A stretch of DNA of 64,000 nt from Hydrolagus colliei (Eukaryota): the NCBI GenBank assembly GCA_035084275.1, contig CM068749.1, positions 15,872,001 through 15,936,000 of the forward strand, in the 5' to 3' direction. Both the position numbers and the translations under genes were made by a program. Below, piece after piece: positions 1-13,259 of the stretch; position 1 is the stretch's first letter, and every line of letters begins with the position of its first letter. Under the pieces are notes generated by a model. The model was not told the origin of the DNA. It ran no database searches and saw nothing but the letters and a program-made list of their open reading frames with translations.

Positions 1-2248
1 ACTTATAAGCAAGCTTTTTTCAGCTGCAGTGCATCCCTAGTGATCTATGGTGCCACTGCACTCTTTTGTCCTGTACTCTGCCCCATTAATCAACATTAAT
101 GACCGATAATCACATAACAAATGCCTCCAAATGTACTAATGGCCTATTCATAAAAGATGAGAATGCGCTGATATGCCGTCTCACTTAAATAACGTATACG
201 GTTACGGCTAGGATTTGCTTAATGTATTGCTTGTCAGCTACCTAATCAAATGTGCTTTGCTTTAAAATAATAAAATATTGTAATGTGCAGCTAGAGCAAA
301 CTCCCACTGTGCGCACAGTTACAGATCAGTTTAAACAACCATGCAAAGAACTCCAGAAGTTTTATTTATTGAACAGCGAGGGTCAATTTGTTGGAAAATA
401 TGTAAACTGGAATGACTATAATAGTATTTGCATACAAATGAGACTTCAGGCAATTTTGCCACGTTGTGAGTGTTGTGAACGTCATGTGTAACTATCGGCC
501 ACTTTGTAATCTGTTTGTGCCTGCATCATTTCATTGCTTCCATACCGTTATCCATGTGGAGAGATTACATAAATTACGATTATATGGAATGCAAAGTCAA
601 ACCAAGCAACATGTCATCACCACAATTGACTGTATGGGTTTGTCCAGTTCAGAAAATAACAGATGAGTGATACAATGAGTAAAGGTGTTGGACTGATTGG
701 GACTTGAGATCAAAGAGATTAAAGCAACTTCTAAAATACTCCTGAACTGTGACATTGGTGGCATCAACATTGAGTGGTAAAATGCACTTAAATGTATAAT
801 TGTTGCTGAAAAATGGAAGGTAAATAACCCATGGAAACAGGATGCTATAATGAGGAGGTGTTACAGTTGATAAACCTTTGTCCCCAAACCACTTTTCTAC
901 AGGATACGTGTTTAATTTAGAGTATCCCAGCCTGAAAATTCAGAGATTGGGGTTTGGAGATTCCAGACCTCAGAGTTTAAACCACAGTATTGAAATGTGT
1001 CTGGAGTATCTTTTCAACAGAAGGTTAACAGATATTTGTATCATTGTTAGGCTTGCAGGGAATTCTGATGGGAATACTCTCATGTTTAACCTAATTCTGT
1101 CAACATCTATATTTCATAGAGAAGGATTGTTTGGGCCAAGCTCCTATTAGTTAGGGCAACTCAAATACATTATCTTGTTTGTGCAATGATGAGATCTATT
1201 TATTCCAACTTACCGTAGCGAATCCCATGGTCCACATGTTCTTTTATTGGATGTGAGAGTTTAAATTTAAAATGAAAGTGACATTTCTGGGAAGGTTGTT
1301 ACACGTCTGTCACAATTAGCTGCAACTCGAGATATACCTGTCCAATAGGGCCAAATCTAACAATGTGAAACCAATACAAGCCGTCTGGCTTGGATAACTC
1401 TTGAATTGGTCCCATGCAGTTTCTCCCTCGCAAGGCAAAACAACCTCCTGAAGATCCTGCTTGGTTGGCTGGGTAAATTTACTGATCATAGAAAGTCGTG
1501 CATGACTTGCACTGTTTGAGTTTATCCCTGCTGACAACCACTGTTAGGTTTACCTTGGGATCTAATAAGTAGAAAAAGACAAGCGTGAAAATTGGATGTC
1601 TGTTTCCTCCCCTCCCCCACCCCCCATCAAGTTAGATTTCTGGGGGTAAAAGTGAATTTCATGGAGTTACTCTACACAAAGTTACGCAACTACTGATGTT
1701 TTTAGAGCATTCCTTGAAGCAGTGTTTTGCTTTATGTGTTGATGCTGTGTTTGTAGATATTTCTGGTTCGCAGTCACAATCAGAGAGCGTTACACACTGT
1801 AGCTCTGCTTTGCTGAGGTATATTTGAAGCATTGCTATGGAAGCGTGTTAATTCCAGTCCCGTTTCAGTCTTTTCCTCTTAGCTAACCTTCACCATCAAG
1901 TCTCTCCATCCCTTTGTTCCAGTGATCTTTGCACTTGTCCCAATTCCAAGTTTCCATCCTTTTGTTTTTTTTTACCTAAACCTTCACTGTCTTGCCCTCT
2001 AGCTATCCTATCATATTTCCTACTGAAGATATGAATAACGGATGATTAGTGAGGGAAGGGTTTTCGGGGGCTGAGGGTGGGGGATGCATATTAGGAGCCA
2101 ATTTAAATGAATGAAGAGGCCACAAATTAATAGTGAAGCAAGCAAAATCACCAATATTGGGGACTGTGAACAAAGTTTCAAAGGTAGCTTGAAAACAATA
2201 AAGCATATTATGGATTTTTAAAGTGCTTTAACGGATTCTTCCTACCTG

Positions 2249-2563
2249 TAATAATAATCCTTGCATTTGATATAACGCTTTTCACATCTTATCAACATCT
2301 CAAAGCGCTTCACGGAATAAACTATAAAGTAAATTGATTGTACATGTATATTTGTGGGTGAAATGCGGCAGCCAATTGCGCACAACAGTGTCCCACAAAC
2401 AGTCGTGGATTGAATTATATTATTGTAGGTTTTTTTGGAGGGATTATTATTAGGCATATGGAGTAAGGAAACTTGCCCAAAGTTTCGCCCTGATCTGCCT
2501 GGATTCGAACATAGGTCTCCCGCTTGTAGGGCGAATGCTTTAAACACTGAGCTGCAGAAGCTC
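2249..2563 (-). mobile_element. Full-length tRNA-derived SINE (3' Deu-domain + L2-like tail), main young family
   Basis: Minus strand has a tRNA-like head with A box (GCTCAGTGTTTAAAGC) and B box (GTTCGAATCC), Deu-like core TTTGTGGGACACTGTTGTGCGCAATTGGCTGCCGCATTTC and tail GTGAAGCGCTTTGAGATG...TATATCAAATGCAAGG(ATT)n. Aligns by eye to copies at 28.7, 53.8 and 55.5 kb. Confidence 0.9.
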
Positions 2564-4254
2564 TACGGTGCTAATACAAGTGCAATTTCATGTACTGAAC
2601 AAATAATAACAATAGAAATGAGCTAAAGGACAAGATGGAATGAAAGAGACAAAGAAAAAGGTCAGAAACATAAAGGATGTAAATAAATGAGGGAGAACAA
2701 AGGAAGAAAACGTAAGCAAAACGAAAAGAGAAAAAAAGTGTCATCCTGCATGAAAGTAAATAAGAAGTATAGGAATAAGAAATAGCAGGTAAAATAGAGC
2801 ATGAACTGCTCAAATATTAAGATTAACAATTGCATAGTTTGCTATTTAATATTAATAATCATTACAACAGAATGATTTCTGGGATTTTTTTTCCAAGCAC
2901 AATGAAATGATGTACTGCGCATTTCATTAATTTGAAATCTTACTGTCAATCTTACTTGGAACAGGTTCAAGCAGTGAGCACAGGGAGTGCCGGACTTGGT
3001 ATTTACCATTGCAACATCATCATACTTCAGTTTGGGATGTATGGTGCTTGACTACAGAACAATAAATAGCCTATGGTAATGTCCACTCATATACTTCAGA
3101 TCCCAGTGGAGCATTAAAAGCTTTAAACCCTCCAATAGCCAGTTCAATTTGGTGTCTTTTTGTCCTGTTAGTAAGCAAACAAGGGAATAGAACTGAATTT
3201 ACTGGTGTATTCTTTTAAACGTTTAACCAGCAAAGATTTATGTTTGCATTGAAGACCATGAGACCTCAAGTTTAATTGTATGAGCGCTGGTTAAAGTACT
3301 GCTGATGCATTTTAAATGAATGAGTGCACCAAACTTTTATCAATGCACATTTGGGTCAGGTATAATAAGGGCTAAACGCAGGTTAGATTTCTCAACAATG
3401 CCATGGCCATACTTCTCAACCTTTCCATTCCCTCTCAATTATAACAGTGACAATTCTATTTGCCTCACTGTATATTTTAGTGGCCTCTTTGAATGAACCT
3501 GCATATTTAGTTTTAACTAATTGCTGAAGATCAAGCCTTTCTTTTACTGTGGAGTTGGTGTAATGAAACTGGATTAAAATTACCTAAACTCATTTGAATC
3601 AGAACATTTGGAATTTTATTGGATAACTCGGAGCTTCACAGTGAATCTCTTTGAAACATCTCAATGACTTAAAAAGGCAAATATTATTATTATTATCACC
3701 TTCATTGTTGCTACTACTATATTACTATTATTATTATAAAAAGTTGTAGGAGACTTTTGGTTGCATAGAACTGGATTTTAACTCTCAACCCAGGGGTAAA
3801 GGTGATGTGTTGCATTCAATTCAGAACAGCGTAGTGGTCGATAATTTAATATTAGTACTTTATATCTGTTATGGGTATTGTAAGAATCATCAAATGCCTG
3901 AGGAATATGGCTTTGAAGTTTCTTTATTACCAAAAGACTTAACGTTTTATTCTAAAGCCAGTAATTTCAGGCCTGTTCGCCAGTCTCATCAAATGTGATA
4001 TTTAAGTATTGGGGACATTTGACCCATGGGAATATTTGTGCTGTTGTAGTTTGTTTGCAATTTGTCTCGCACATTTACTGGCCTTCACTTTGCTAACAAG
4101 ATGGTGTCCTAGCTACCAGTAAAGAAACATTCCACCTGCCACTGGTTCTCAGTTCATCCCTCCATAGTTACTCAAAACAAATGTTAGAAGACATACAACT
4201 TGAAAAGTTTGTCAGTTTTTTTTAAAAAAGCAATAGGATTTGGAGAAATCACTG

Positions 4255-4305
4255 CATCTTTGGAATGTCTCAAAGACATGATAAGGTACTATATCAATTG
4301 CAATT
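4255..4305 (+). mobile_element. Degraded SINE/L2 3' tail fragment
   Basis: CTTTGGAATGTCTCAAAGACATGATAAGGTACTATATCAATTGCAA resembles the shared SINE/L2 tail. Confidence 0.5.
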
Positions 4306-4549
4306 AATTAACTTAACACATAGGTAACCAATACTCTACAGTTTATCAGATAATGCTGCTCCCCTTTATAATCCTCTTGAGGTGATGTTTTCTTTTGAAT
4401 TGCCCCAGTGTTACAATTATTGGGCTGTTTCTGTGGATGCAATGGCGTGGAGAGGGTAAGGGTAGGAGGATGTTTCTGAGGTTGCAATAGGACATCAGTT
4501 TTGATTTCTGCATATGTTTATGATATAGCAGCCATGTATGATTTGCATA

Positions 4550-4677
4550 TGAATCTCAATTGCAACATTTTATGTTTAATAGAAAAGTTATTTTTTTCTT
4601 AGTGCTTCTATATAGCAACCACTTAGAATTTGTGTTTGAATCTCAATTACACCACTTTGTGTTCAATAGAAAAGTTT
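4550..4677. repeat. Imperfect ~40-bp direct repeat (two copies ~87 bp apart)
   Basis: TGAATCTCAATTGCAACATTTTATGTTTAATAGAAAAGTT versus TGAATCTCAATTACACCACTTTGTGTTCAATAGAAAAGTT. Confidence 0.75.
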
Positions 4678-5334
4678 AATTCAAACAGACAACTTTTATA
4701 GACGGTAATTGGTACTCCAAGTGATAAAATAATGCTCCTGATGTTGTGACTATTTGTGGCTATTTGTGGCTTCTAGTAATCTGTATTAATTGCACTATCT
4801 GAGCCAAGAAGACTAATTGAACTAAACTGTGTACTTTGCACTGAGAGTGTTTGATTACAATAAGAGGCCATGAAAAGGTAACTATATAATGTGTGACCCA
4901 AAAGATTAAATAACAAAGGTTTTAGCCTGCATTGTAAAGGACAGGAAGGGACATGATCGCTAATGAGTATGCAGTTACTAAGAGACTCTATAAATTCTCT
5001 TCCTCTGTATTTGCATCAAATCACGAGTACAACTATACCAACAATATGAGGAGTTCTTGCTTGCAATGTAGTATGTCCTTGTCCTACTCATTATCACAAG
5101 TTCAATTATCAAGAGAGAGGTTCAGTTGGAGAAGGCTGTATGGTAGATTTAATCACATTCTTGCAGAATATTCACCTTCTGTTAAAATGTTGATATTTGT
5201 ATTTAATCGTCTTTCACATCGGGAGGATGTCACAGGATTTATTATGACTGTGTGTTTGCTATGTTTAGACATAATTTTTTTCAAAACTGATTTCAACCTT
5301 CTAAATTCAAATACCCTTCCTAGTAATTTGTTCT

Positions 5335-5778
5335 AGATTTAATTACCCTGAATAAAGACATTTTTCCTGGTGTCTTTTTTGAAAATGCTCTTTGCAACCC
5401 TAAACTTTTGTCCTATTGTTCTGTTGTCATGGTGCATCCGAAAGTATTATTCTGGATTTACTTTCTCAATCCCATTTAAAATCTTATATCTGTATAAAGG
5501 GCCCTCTGAGACATGTGCTTTGAAGCCTGGAGAGCCCTAGCCTGTCGTATCTCTGTTCTTAGCTTATTACTTTAACATTACAGATCATCCTTGTTCTCTT
5601 CTGCACTGCCAGCAAGGTCTCGGCAGTCAACTGGTTTCATAGTGGCAACACTAAACCCAGGACTCCAGGTGTAGCCTAATCAGAGCACTATACAGCCTGA
5701 GTAGGAATTCTGGAGATCTGAATACAACTGATTTGGTAATTTACCTGAACATCCTTTCCTGTTTACCTTGTTTATTGC
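5335..5778 (-). mobile_element. Old CR1-like LINE ORF2 C-terminal fragment
   Basis: Shares CTAATCAGAGCACT and TCTGG(A/G)GATCTGAA(T/C)ACAACT blocks with the old CR1 at 45.9-46.7 kb. Minus strand resembles the CR1 'LY.ALIR..LE' region. Confidence 0.6.
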
Positions 5779-6067
5779 TCCAGCTGCTTCACCCCACCAT
5801 AAGCCATGCCTGCCCCACCATTGGCGGGCAGGCTTTCAGCCTCTTTACCCCACCCTCTGGAACACCATCCCACAGTCCCTCCACCTTGCCCCCTCCCTTG
5901 TTTCCTATAAGACCCGTCTCAAGAGCTTCCTCTTTGATTGCACCTTCGGTCATCCTCCTTCGCTTACCCTCTCCACCCCTCCTGATTCCAACCACCAGCT
6001 CGGGTGTGGATCCCTAACCGTCCAGCTCCTTGGGACGTCCGCCGTAAATGAAAGGCTCTTATTATTA
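5779..6067 (+). mobile_element. L2 LINE 3' end
   Basis: Across a frameshift it translates to TIGGQAFS / PTLWNTIPQSLHLAPSLVSYKTRLKSFLFDCTF (L2 ORF2 C-terminus), then tail CTTGGGACGTCC...TGAAAGGCTCTTAT. Confidence 0.85.
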
Positions 6068-7004
6068 ATGCCGCTTAAGGCCATTCCTATTACTTTAACC
6101 AGCTGTAATTGTTAACTTGCATTTTCATTTGATGAAATATTAATATAGCATAAATGGATCTAAAGAGAAGATAGAAATCCTGATCCAAAGGAAATAATGA
6201 GTTCCAAAGTTCGAAAATATCTTGATTGATGCGAATAAACATTATTTTTCCTTCCTCAGCTGAAATGATAAATTATATTTTAAAAAATCTAACTTGTTGA
6301 AGATTTTATTAAATTTCCAGTTATTTAACATGTTTGTGTGTGAATGTTTCTGTCAATGTGAGTGTCTGGGGAGGGAAAAGGCAACATAAAATCTTGTAAA
6401 ATGTGTTTTTGGAGTGCAATCCCAGTTTGCCTTAACTCCACTATACCATTATTAATGAAATCGTGGGCTAATTAGTCACAAAATGGCCACTTCTTGCATT
6501 GACCAAGGGATTACTTCTGGGGATCAAAGCAAATGATTGTGCATTTCAAAGACTGATGAACTTTTACTTTGTACTTGTGGTGGCAAGGGATTGAGTAATG
6601 TGTATTTGGATTATTTCCTTTGCATTTCTCTTTAAAAGATGACTCCTGATTAAAACTTAATCAAATAGTGTAGCTATTTCAGTGATCTTAAACATGATTT
6701 TAATTTGCTTCTGTTGGGTGTTTTTTGTTTTAATGTTATTTGCAACTAGTAAAAATAGCAAACAACAACATCACAGGCTTTATGCTACCTACTTGCTGCC
6801 AAATTTACTAAATTTTTGGTGTAAATCTATGACTGCATTCCCAGACCAAAACACATGTACCAATTTCTCCTAAGTAGATGCTTATGTATTGATTCTGTTT
6901 ACAATCTACAAATAGAACAGTCTGAGTCTATTTTTGTATTGTGCTGGATCTAGTGCAGACAATTTGAATGGATTATGGTCAATAACAATTTGTATTTGTT
7001 TCAG

Positions 7005-7380
7005 TACATCCACCCGATGTGAAAGGAGCTATGCAAATGTAATTTGTTGTTGTATTTATATTGTACCCTTCGTGAAGAGTAATATCTTGGAAGTGGTGGG
7101 GCAGTCACCGAGCAGAGGAAGGTGGAGGTGATCAAAGGTGAGACTTGACTGTGGATGCAGAGTGAAGGGGACACAGAGGGGTTGATGTTTGGAGTTCTGG
7201 GAGTAAGGGGCGTAGAGTAAGAAAGCTTGGTTGCCGATGATGCCGCGAGACTGACAGGACAGCAAGCCTTTGTTAGCTGAGCAGAGAGGGCCAACCAAGA
7301 AGTGGGTAGGAGGAGATCAGACCATTGCTTGTGATTGAAGGGTTTTACAGGTGAGAGTCAACTTCCTTACCAGCTAAATC
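7005..7380 (-). mobile_element. Degraded L2 3' end (-) abutting a short + strand L2 tail (7005-7052)
   Basis: Minus frame PLCSANKGLL...GIIGNQAFLLYAP resembles L2 'LRS...GGRAFS..AP.LWN'. Tail GAAGGGTACAATATAAATACAACAAC; opposite tail GTGAAAGGAGCTATGCAAATGTAA. Confidence 0.6.
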
Positions 7381-9597
7381 AAACTCTCCCTTGGTTAGGT
7401 GAATAGGTGTGGGCACAGGAGTGAAGAATATGTATGACCAAAGAAATTGGAGCTGCTCACACTGAGTGCCGGTTACATCTGAAACATGGAGTGCTGCTCC
7501 ATGCCTGGGCAGGTTAAGTATAACTCATCGGTGAGGTAGATTGAGTTTAATTGGTGCAAGTCAAGCGATGTGTTTAAATGTTGTTGCATCTGTCCAAGGT
7601 TGTGAAAGTTGGATTTCCGCCAAGTTTTTTTTCCTCTATACTGTATATGTATTGTGTACAGCTGTTTCACAGTATATTTACAACTGTATGTACTTTCTAC
7701 AAAGCCTGTTTTTGAATATGTACTAGTACTAACTTTGAATTCAACATTTTCATCCTCACCCCTATCTCCTGCAACTCTAGTAGCCTGGTTGTTATCTCTG
7801 CTGAGCAAACACAGGCCTGTTTCACATTCCCCCTCTCCTTGTGCTCCACTATCATCAGCAAGTGAGCTTCAGTCGCTCCCAGAAAAATATGATAAATCCC
7901 ACGAATGCACAGTGGACTAAGTTATGACTGGACACTATCTACATCCCAAACCACAGAAAAGGGAGTGTTTTTATTGCCATTTCCTGATCTCAGCTGGCCC
8001 TCGAGAACGGAGATGTGAATAGCAGCGAGACAATGCTGTTTGTCTCTAATTTTATTCAGATATAAAAGATTTGTGCAATGTGTGCGCTGTGAGGATGGAT
8101 CTGCTATTTCCTGTTCAGGATAGAGAAGACATTTACATTTAAATGAGATATTCTGTGGGACGGGCTGGTTGCACCTGTCCTTGCTTCTCTGGAACTAAAG
8201 TTCAAATCAAGTCCAGACAGATGGGATGTAAGATTCCTTCCCCTGGCAGCTGTTAAGGTTCTGAAGTGAGATAACTATATGCAGACGAATCGCAGCTTCT
8301 TAGGACACATTTCCACAGATCGACACTGACCTGATTATTTGGTGAAAACTTAGGATAGGCTTTGGAATAGTCCAGCAATGTACAGCTACTTTTTCTTTGG
8401 TTTTCTTTTGGTAAGCAATGCAACTACAGGATGCAGCTCGAGATGACAGTAAAAAGGACAGATGTCTCACAAATTGTCCCTGGTTGCTGGTAGCACAGAA
8501 AGATGAGAAGAAATTGCACCAAGCTACCGATTGAATACTGCAGGTGACTGACCTGAGATGTACCTGAGAGTAGTAAATACTGTTAGTGAGAGTAAACCAA
8601 GCAAGGGTACTTTCCCTTGACATGTCATTTTGAACAGCAGAAAATGTGATTTATTGTGCATCCTACAGACAGGGTGAACGGGGCAATGCTCTGTTTTGTC
8701 CCTATAGTCACATTTCAGACAGCGGATCACATTACGTTGGTTTACCAGCTTCTGTGCAGGGAGTCTTTACTCTCCTTTCCCAGACTCTTTCTACGAACAA
8801 AGTCTGTCAAATTATGAGCAGATTTTCTAAATCCTGAGGCAAGACAAATTCCGGGAAAATGGACTGATATCAGAAACGCAACAACAAATGAGTTTACTTG
8901 CCGTCTGTGGTCTGCCAAAATAAAAGAAAGTGACATGAACTTCCAGTTAAATGTATGTATCCTTTCCTCCTCACCCGCCCTTCCCTCGGTTTTCGAAAAA
9001 GCAACAACCACGTTTGGCCAAATCAAAGTCGGAGTTGCAATTCAGTGTGTCTTTGTAATTTTCCAGCCATTATTTTTCCAATTCCATTTTTTCATCTTGT
9101 GCGTGTATCAGTTAATGCGAATGTGGAAACAGAAATGGATTTTCCTGAAGTGACTTTTAACTGCAAATCTCAAAAAGCTGTATTGAAACAAAAATAAACT
9201 TTTATTTATTTTAAAAATATATATATATTGCTACGTTCAGAATCCCCAGATGATGTGCTAAAACTTGCCTTGTACAGTATTATCAAGATATTTATTTCCC
9301 CCAAAAAAATTGAGTTCCTTGATTAAATGTAGATTGTGCAAGTTGTTTAATATGGTCGCCAGCTCAGATTCAAAGTTAAGACAGGACAAATTTCCTAAAA
9401 AAAACAGATTCAGCAGAAAAAAATGCCAGCAATAGTGTGAAGAATAAGCAATGCCTGGAATTGTGTTACCAGCACTGGAGAATGCACTTGCCAACATGAG
9501 CCATAGTGACATTTACAACAGCCACCAATAGAGCAGTTGGCAAATCTAAAATGTTTGTGACGTGGACCAGAAGGTCTTTATAATAATATTAAGAAGA

Positions 9598-10001
9598 AGA
9601 ATAATCCTTGCATTTGATATAGCACTTTTCACATCTTCCAGATGTCTCGAAATGCTTCACAGCATATACTGTAAAGTGAAGTGAATGTATTGGCATGGAG
9701 GGTGCTATATAGATCGAAGTTGTTGTTGTTGTTGAATGTCTGTAAAGTTGTTGTTGTTGTTGAATGTCTGTAAAGTTGTTGTTGTTGTTGAATATCTGTG
9801 GGCAAAACATGGCAGCCAATTGCGCACAGCAATGTCCCACAAACAATTGTAAATTGAGTTATCAAATTATTATTTTATTTTTATTCTTGAGCAATTATCT
9901 ATCATCAGACATTTTGAGTAAGGAAACTGGCCCAACATTTTGCCCTGCCAGGTCTCTCGCTTGCAAGGCAAATGTTCTAAACACTGAACTACAGGACTCC
10001 A
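9598..10001 (-). mobile_element. Main-family tRNA-Deu SINE interrupted by a + strand L2 tail (9691-~9790)
   Basis: Tail at 9598-9690; Deu core GGCAGCCAATTGCGCACAGCAATGTCCCACAAACA; head ...CACTGAACTACAGGACTCCA on + strand. Confidence 0.88.
9717..9799 (+). repeat. 28-bp minisatellite x3 containing (GTT)5
   Basis: AAGTTGTTGTTGTTGTTGAATGTCTGTA starting at 9717 and 9745, with a variant at 9773. Confidence 0.95.
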
Positions 10002-12699
10002 CAGTATTTTATGGTTTAAATGCTGATCACCTCACTTGGCTCCTGTCAGCTGCATGGTTGTGAAGAGGGTTCTAACACTACTCTTGGGCTGAGAAGAGGA
10101 AAACACTCGCCAAAGCTGATGGTGATGGGAACAACAGCTCTTCTACAAGCTTGTTAATAAAATAAAATATATGAGACTCATGATAAAATAGTAAGGCAGT
10201 CAACAAGATTATTAAGACATATTAAATCTTTAATTGATTTTAAATTGTGTATAGAATTCTGGTCATGCTTGTCAGGTATATATTTATTTTTTACAAAACA
10301 CGATGGCTTAAACTTTGGTTAGGCATTTTCTAACCATGTTCTGCACTGTGTTCAACCATACAGATTGCAATACAGCAGCTAAAATACTGTCGAACCCCAA
10401 ACCATTCCATTAACTATTATACTGATAGCTAGTACTCTTGATTTCTGGACTATTTCTACCCAATGTTTATAATTTCTCTTGTATGTTGGTAGTAGTTTCA
10501 TTGAATTCCATTAATTTCACATTCTTTGGGTATGTGAGGAAGGAAGCACGTAGTGTTTCCTTGGGCTACAGGTGAAAGTGCTTGTGGCATTCATACCCTG
10601 TGTTCATAGTTTCATTTTTGAATAGTGCGAAGCAGTTGCCTGGGGCGTTCCTTAGAAACGCAGAGGGGAAGAAATTTAAATTGATGCAGGATTGTTCTGA
10701 AAATTGTTTTCCAGTCAACCATCCATTTTTGGCACATGATGAAGGCGCACATTTTGTCTTCTGCTAACGCTCCTTTTGCTTGTTGCATGACACAAAATGT
10801 GCATCCTGATGCAAGTGGGAACAATATTAAAACACTGCAACATTATGATTCGGAGAGGGAGTAAGGGAGGACAAAAGACTCACAAAAGTAAAGTTAACAG
10901 GATTGCAAGTATGTTTTTTGTTCATTGATCCGAGAGTGCAGAATGTATGTAACTGTCCAAGATTTGATGCCACACAAAACTTTAAAGCAGCTGCAATCCT
11001 GTATTGCTTTCGCAGCCATCTCCGCATGAAGGCTGCAGCATGTGAAACTGTTGTGACTATTCTATTGGATGCATAGATGAAGGAGTTTGCATAGCTCGCA
11101 ATCAGTTAATGTAGTGGTGATGCTTGATCTCTAAAGTTGAACATATAAAAGTAGAATTGAAGGTAACTTTTGTGCAGGTGGTCTTAGCATTTGGCTTGTA
11201 AATCCTGCTTCCGATGCCACACAGACATTACTGCAGGAGAAGTAACTCTCGCTGCTCTTACAATTCAGTTGATTCTATGTGTGTGTGTGTTTTTAAAAAA
11301 AATTGAATTTTTTATGGAGAAGACATGGAATCTGGTAAACAGCAGCGCAGAATGAATATTCTTGGGAAAAATCAAACCCACTTAGTTTTATATGTAGTAA
11401 GAATGAATTCCAATTACATTTTCTTTAGTGATGAAGGAATATAATAGTCTTTGGTCTGATAAGACTAAAATAATTTGCTTTTAAAGTGAGCTGAAATCAA
11501 TGAGTAATGTCGTTTCACACGAAAATCCGGAGTTCTTTCAAATTTATGTCCTCAGCTGAGCTTCTCAGAATGGTGGGCAACATGTCCGCTCTCTACTCTC
11601 CCATAATTTACACCAATGGAAACCGGAACAAAATAATGGCATGTGAGATAGAAGCCTCCTACAGTGCCACAAATATCCATTAGCTCTCCTGTTATACCTG
11701 TTTAAAATTCATATTCGCTTATATGATAAAGGTATTGGGGTCAAGTTGTTCTGAGATATATTAGCTGAACTAAATTTCAAAGGTACCAATTTTCTTCTTT
11801 CCTTCCCTGAGGATACTGACTCTTGAGTTGTGGTTTCACAGAAAAAGCCTGACATCCAGTGTCGTGCCCACATGTTTGTATTGTGCTTCATATATCAGTC
11901 TATACAGTGAAATGCCAGTACAGCATTCAACAACAAGCCATCACATCTGAATTCAAACCTGTACATTCATAGATACACACACTTTGCCAACAAGAGCACA
12001 CTTTCTGCCAGGGGGCATCAGAACAACAACAAAATTACATTTGTAAAGGGCCTTTCACGAGTTTGTGATGAGGAATAGTAATGCAATTTGATTTTCCCCT
12101 CCCTTCAGCCATGAAGCGAGTGGCGCTAAGATCAGTTAAATTCTGTGCAGTTTGGGATTTGAATACATACACTGCACTGTCTGGCTTTGTGCTACTTACA
12201 CCAAGTTTGCCTCTGCAGAGTAGGCAATAGGGAAGCCCTGATATTTTCCTCTAAATTATCCAGTTCTTTGTTACAGCCAAATATGTTGAATCTACAATGC
12301 TTGGTTTCACATCATATTTGTTGGAGTTGAAATCTCCAGCCAGATAGTTTAAAATAATGCGGTTGTTCATTTATTATAATAAAAAAGGTCTGTCGCAAAC
12401 CATCTGGTTGCTTCTTTTTATCTTTCAACATGTCTTTTGGCAATCTTACAATATGTCAGTCAAGCATATACCCAGTGTTACATTAAGCAGGTGGCTATAT
12501 GAAGGCCAACTAAAACCTTAACTATTCTGTAAACCGATTTCCCTTGCGTGCATTGCAGCAATCCTAGGTTCAAAATAAATCCAGTTAATTCTAAATAATA
12601 TTATGCAAGAAACATTGACTTGATTATAAAATCTTTTTTGGTGATGTGTTTTGCACCTCAAGGTGTGGCGTTGTTAATTCCGGATTGAAGTGCTTCTCC

Positions 12700-12909
12700 T
12701 TTTGATTGGGGCTCGATTCAAGAGAGGCAGAGAAAGAAGGAAGGTTGGCAAACGAGGAGGCAGAAGAAAATACCAAAGGGGGAGGGAGAGAGAGAGGGAG
12801 AGAGAGGAAATCGAGAATTCAAAATAATTTATTTGTCTGGTGTCAAAGCTTTGTGGCTGCCAACACTGGAAGGGCGTGAAACCTCGAGATATGGTAATGT
12901 GTGGTGAGT
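12700..12909 (+). promoter_or_regulatory. Candidate promoter / alternative first exon of an unidentified host gene
   Basis: Inverted CCAAT (ATTGG, 12705-12709); GA-rich, ATG-free leader with retained CpGs; strong-context ATG (GATATGG, 12891); donor-like ATG|GTAATG and GTG|GTGAGT (GT at 12904). Confidence 0.35.
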
Positions 12910-13259
12910 AACTCCTCTGTGCTGAATACACAAAGAAAATAGCAATCTGACCAAATGCACCTGCTATTCTGTTAAATACTCCCCTTCTCTCTGTTCTGCA
13001 AACATTGCTTATTCAAAGTGGGGTTGGCTACGTGGGCCTTCTGGTATCTCACCAAACCAGCAATTTGTTTCTGTGCCTGGTTAACGAATTTGGAGCATGG
13101 AGGCCAATTGCAGTGTCGAATCCTCCCTCTGCTAAAATGAGCTAATTTGGAGTAGATAAAACCTAGGAACTTAATTTCACACTGGACAGTCCCACTACCA
13201 ACGGAAACCAACACTGCAGAGGAGGTCTAACTATCAATGACTGTTCTGTAACTTCAGCA

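Noticed and set aside
1208-1237. Minus-strand mini-exon MWTMGFAT followed by a perfect GTAAGT donor
   Set aside because: Such donor heptamers are expected several times by chance in 64 kb; no supporting promoter or acceptor, and the peptide is not recognised.
9717-9799. CRISPR-like array
   Set aside because: Units are directly tandem with no unique spacers, the context is eukaryotic and there are no cas genes.
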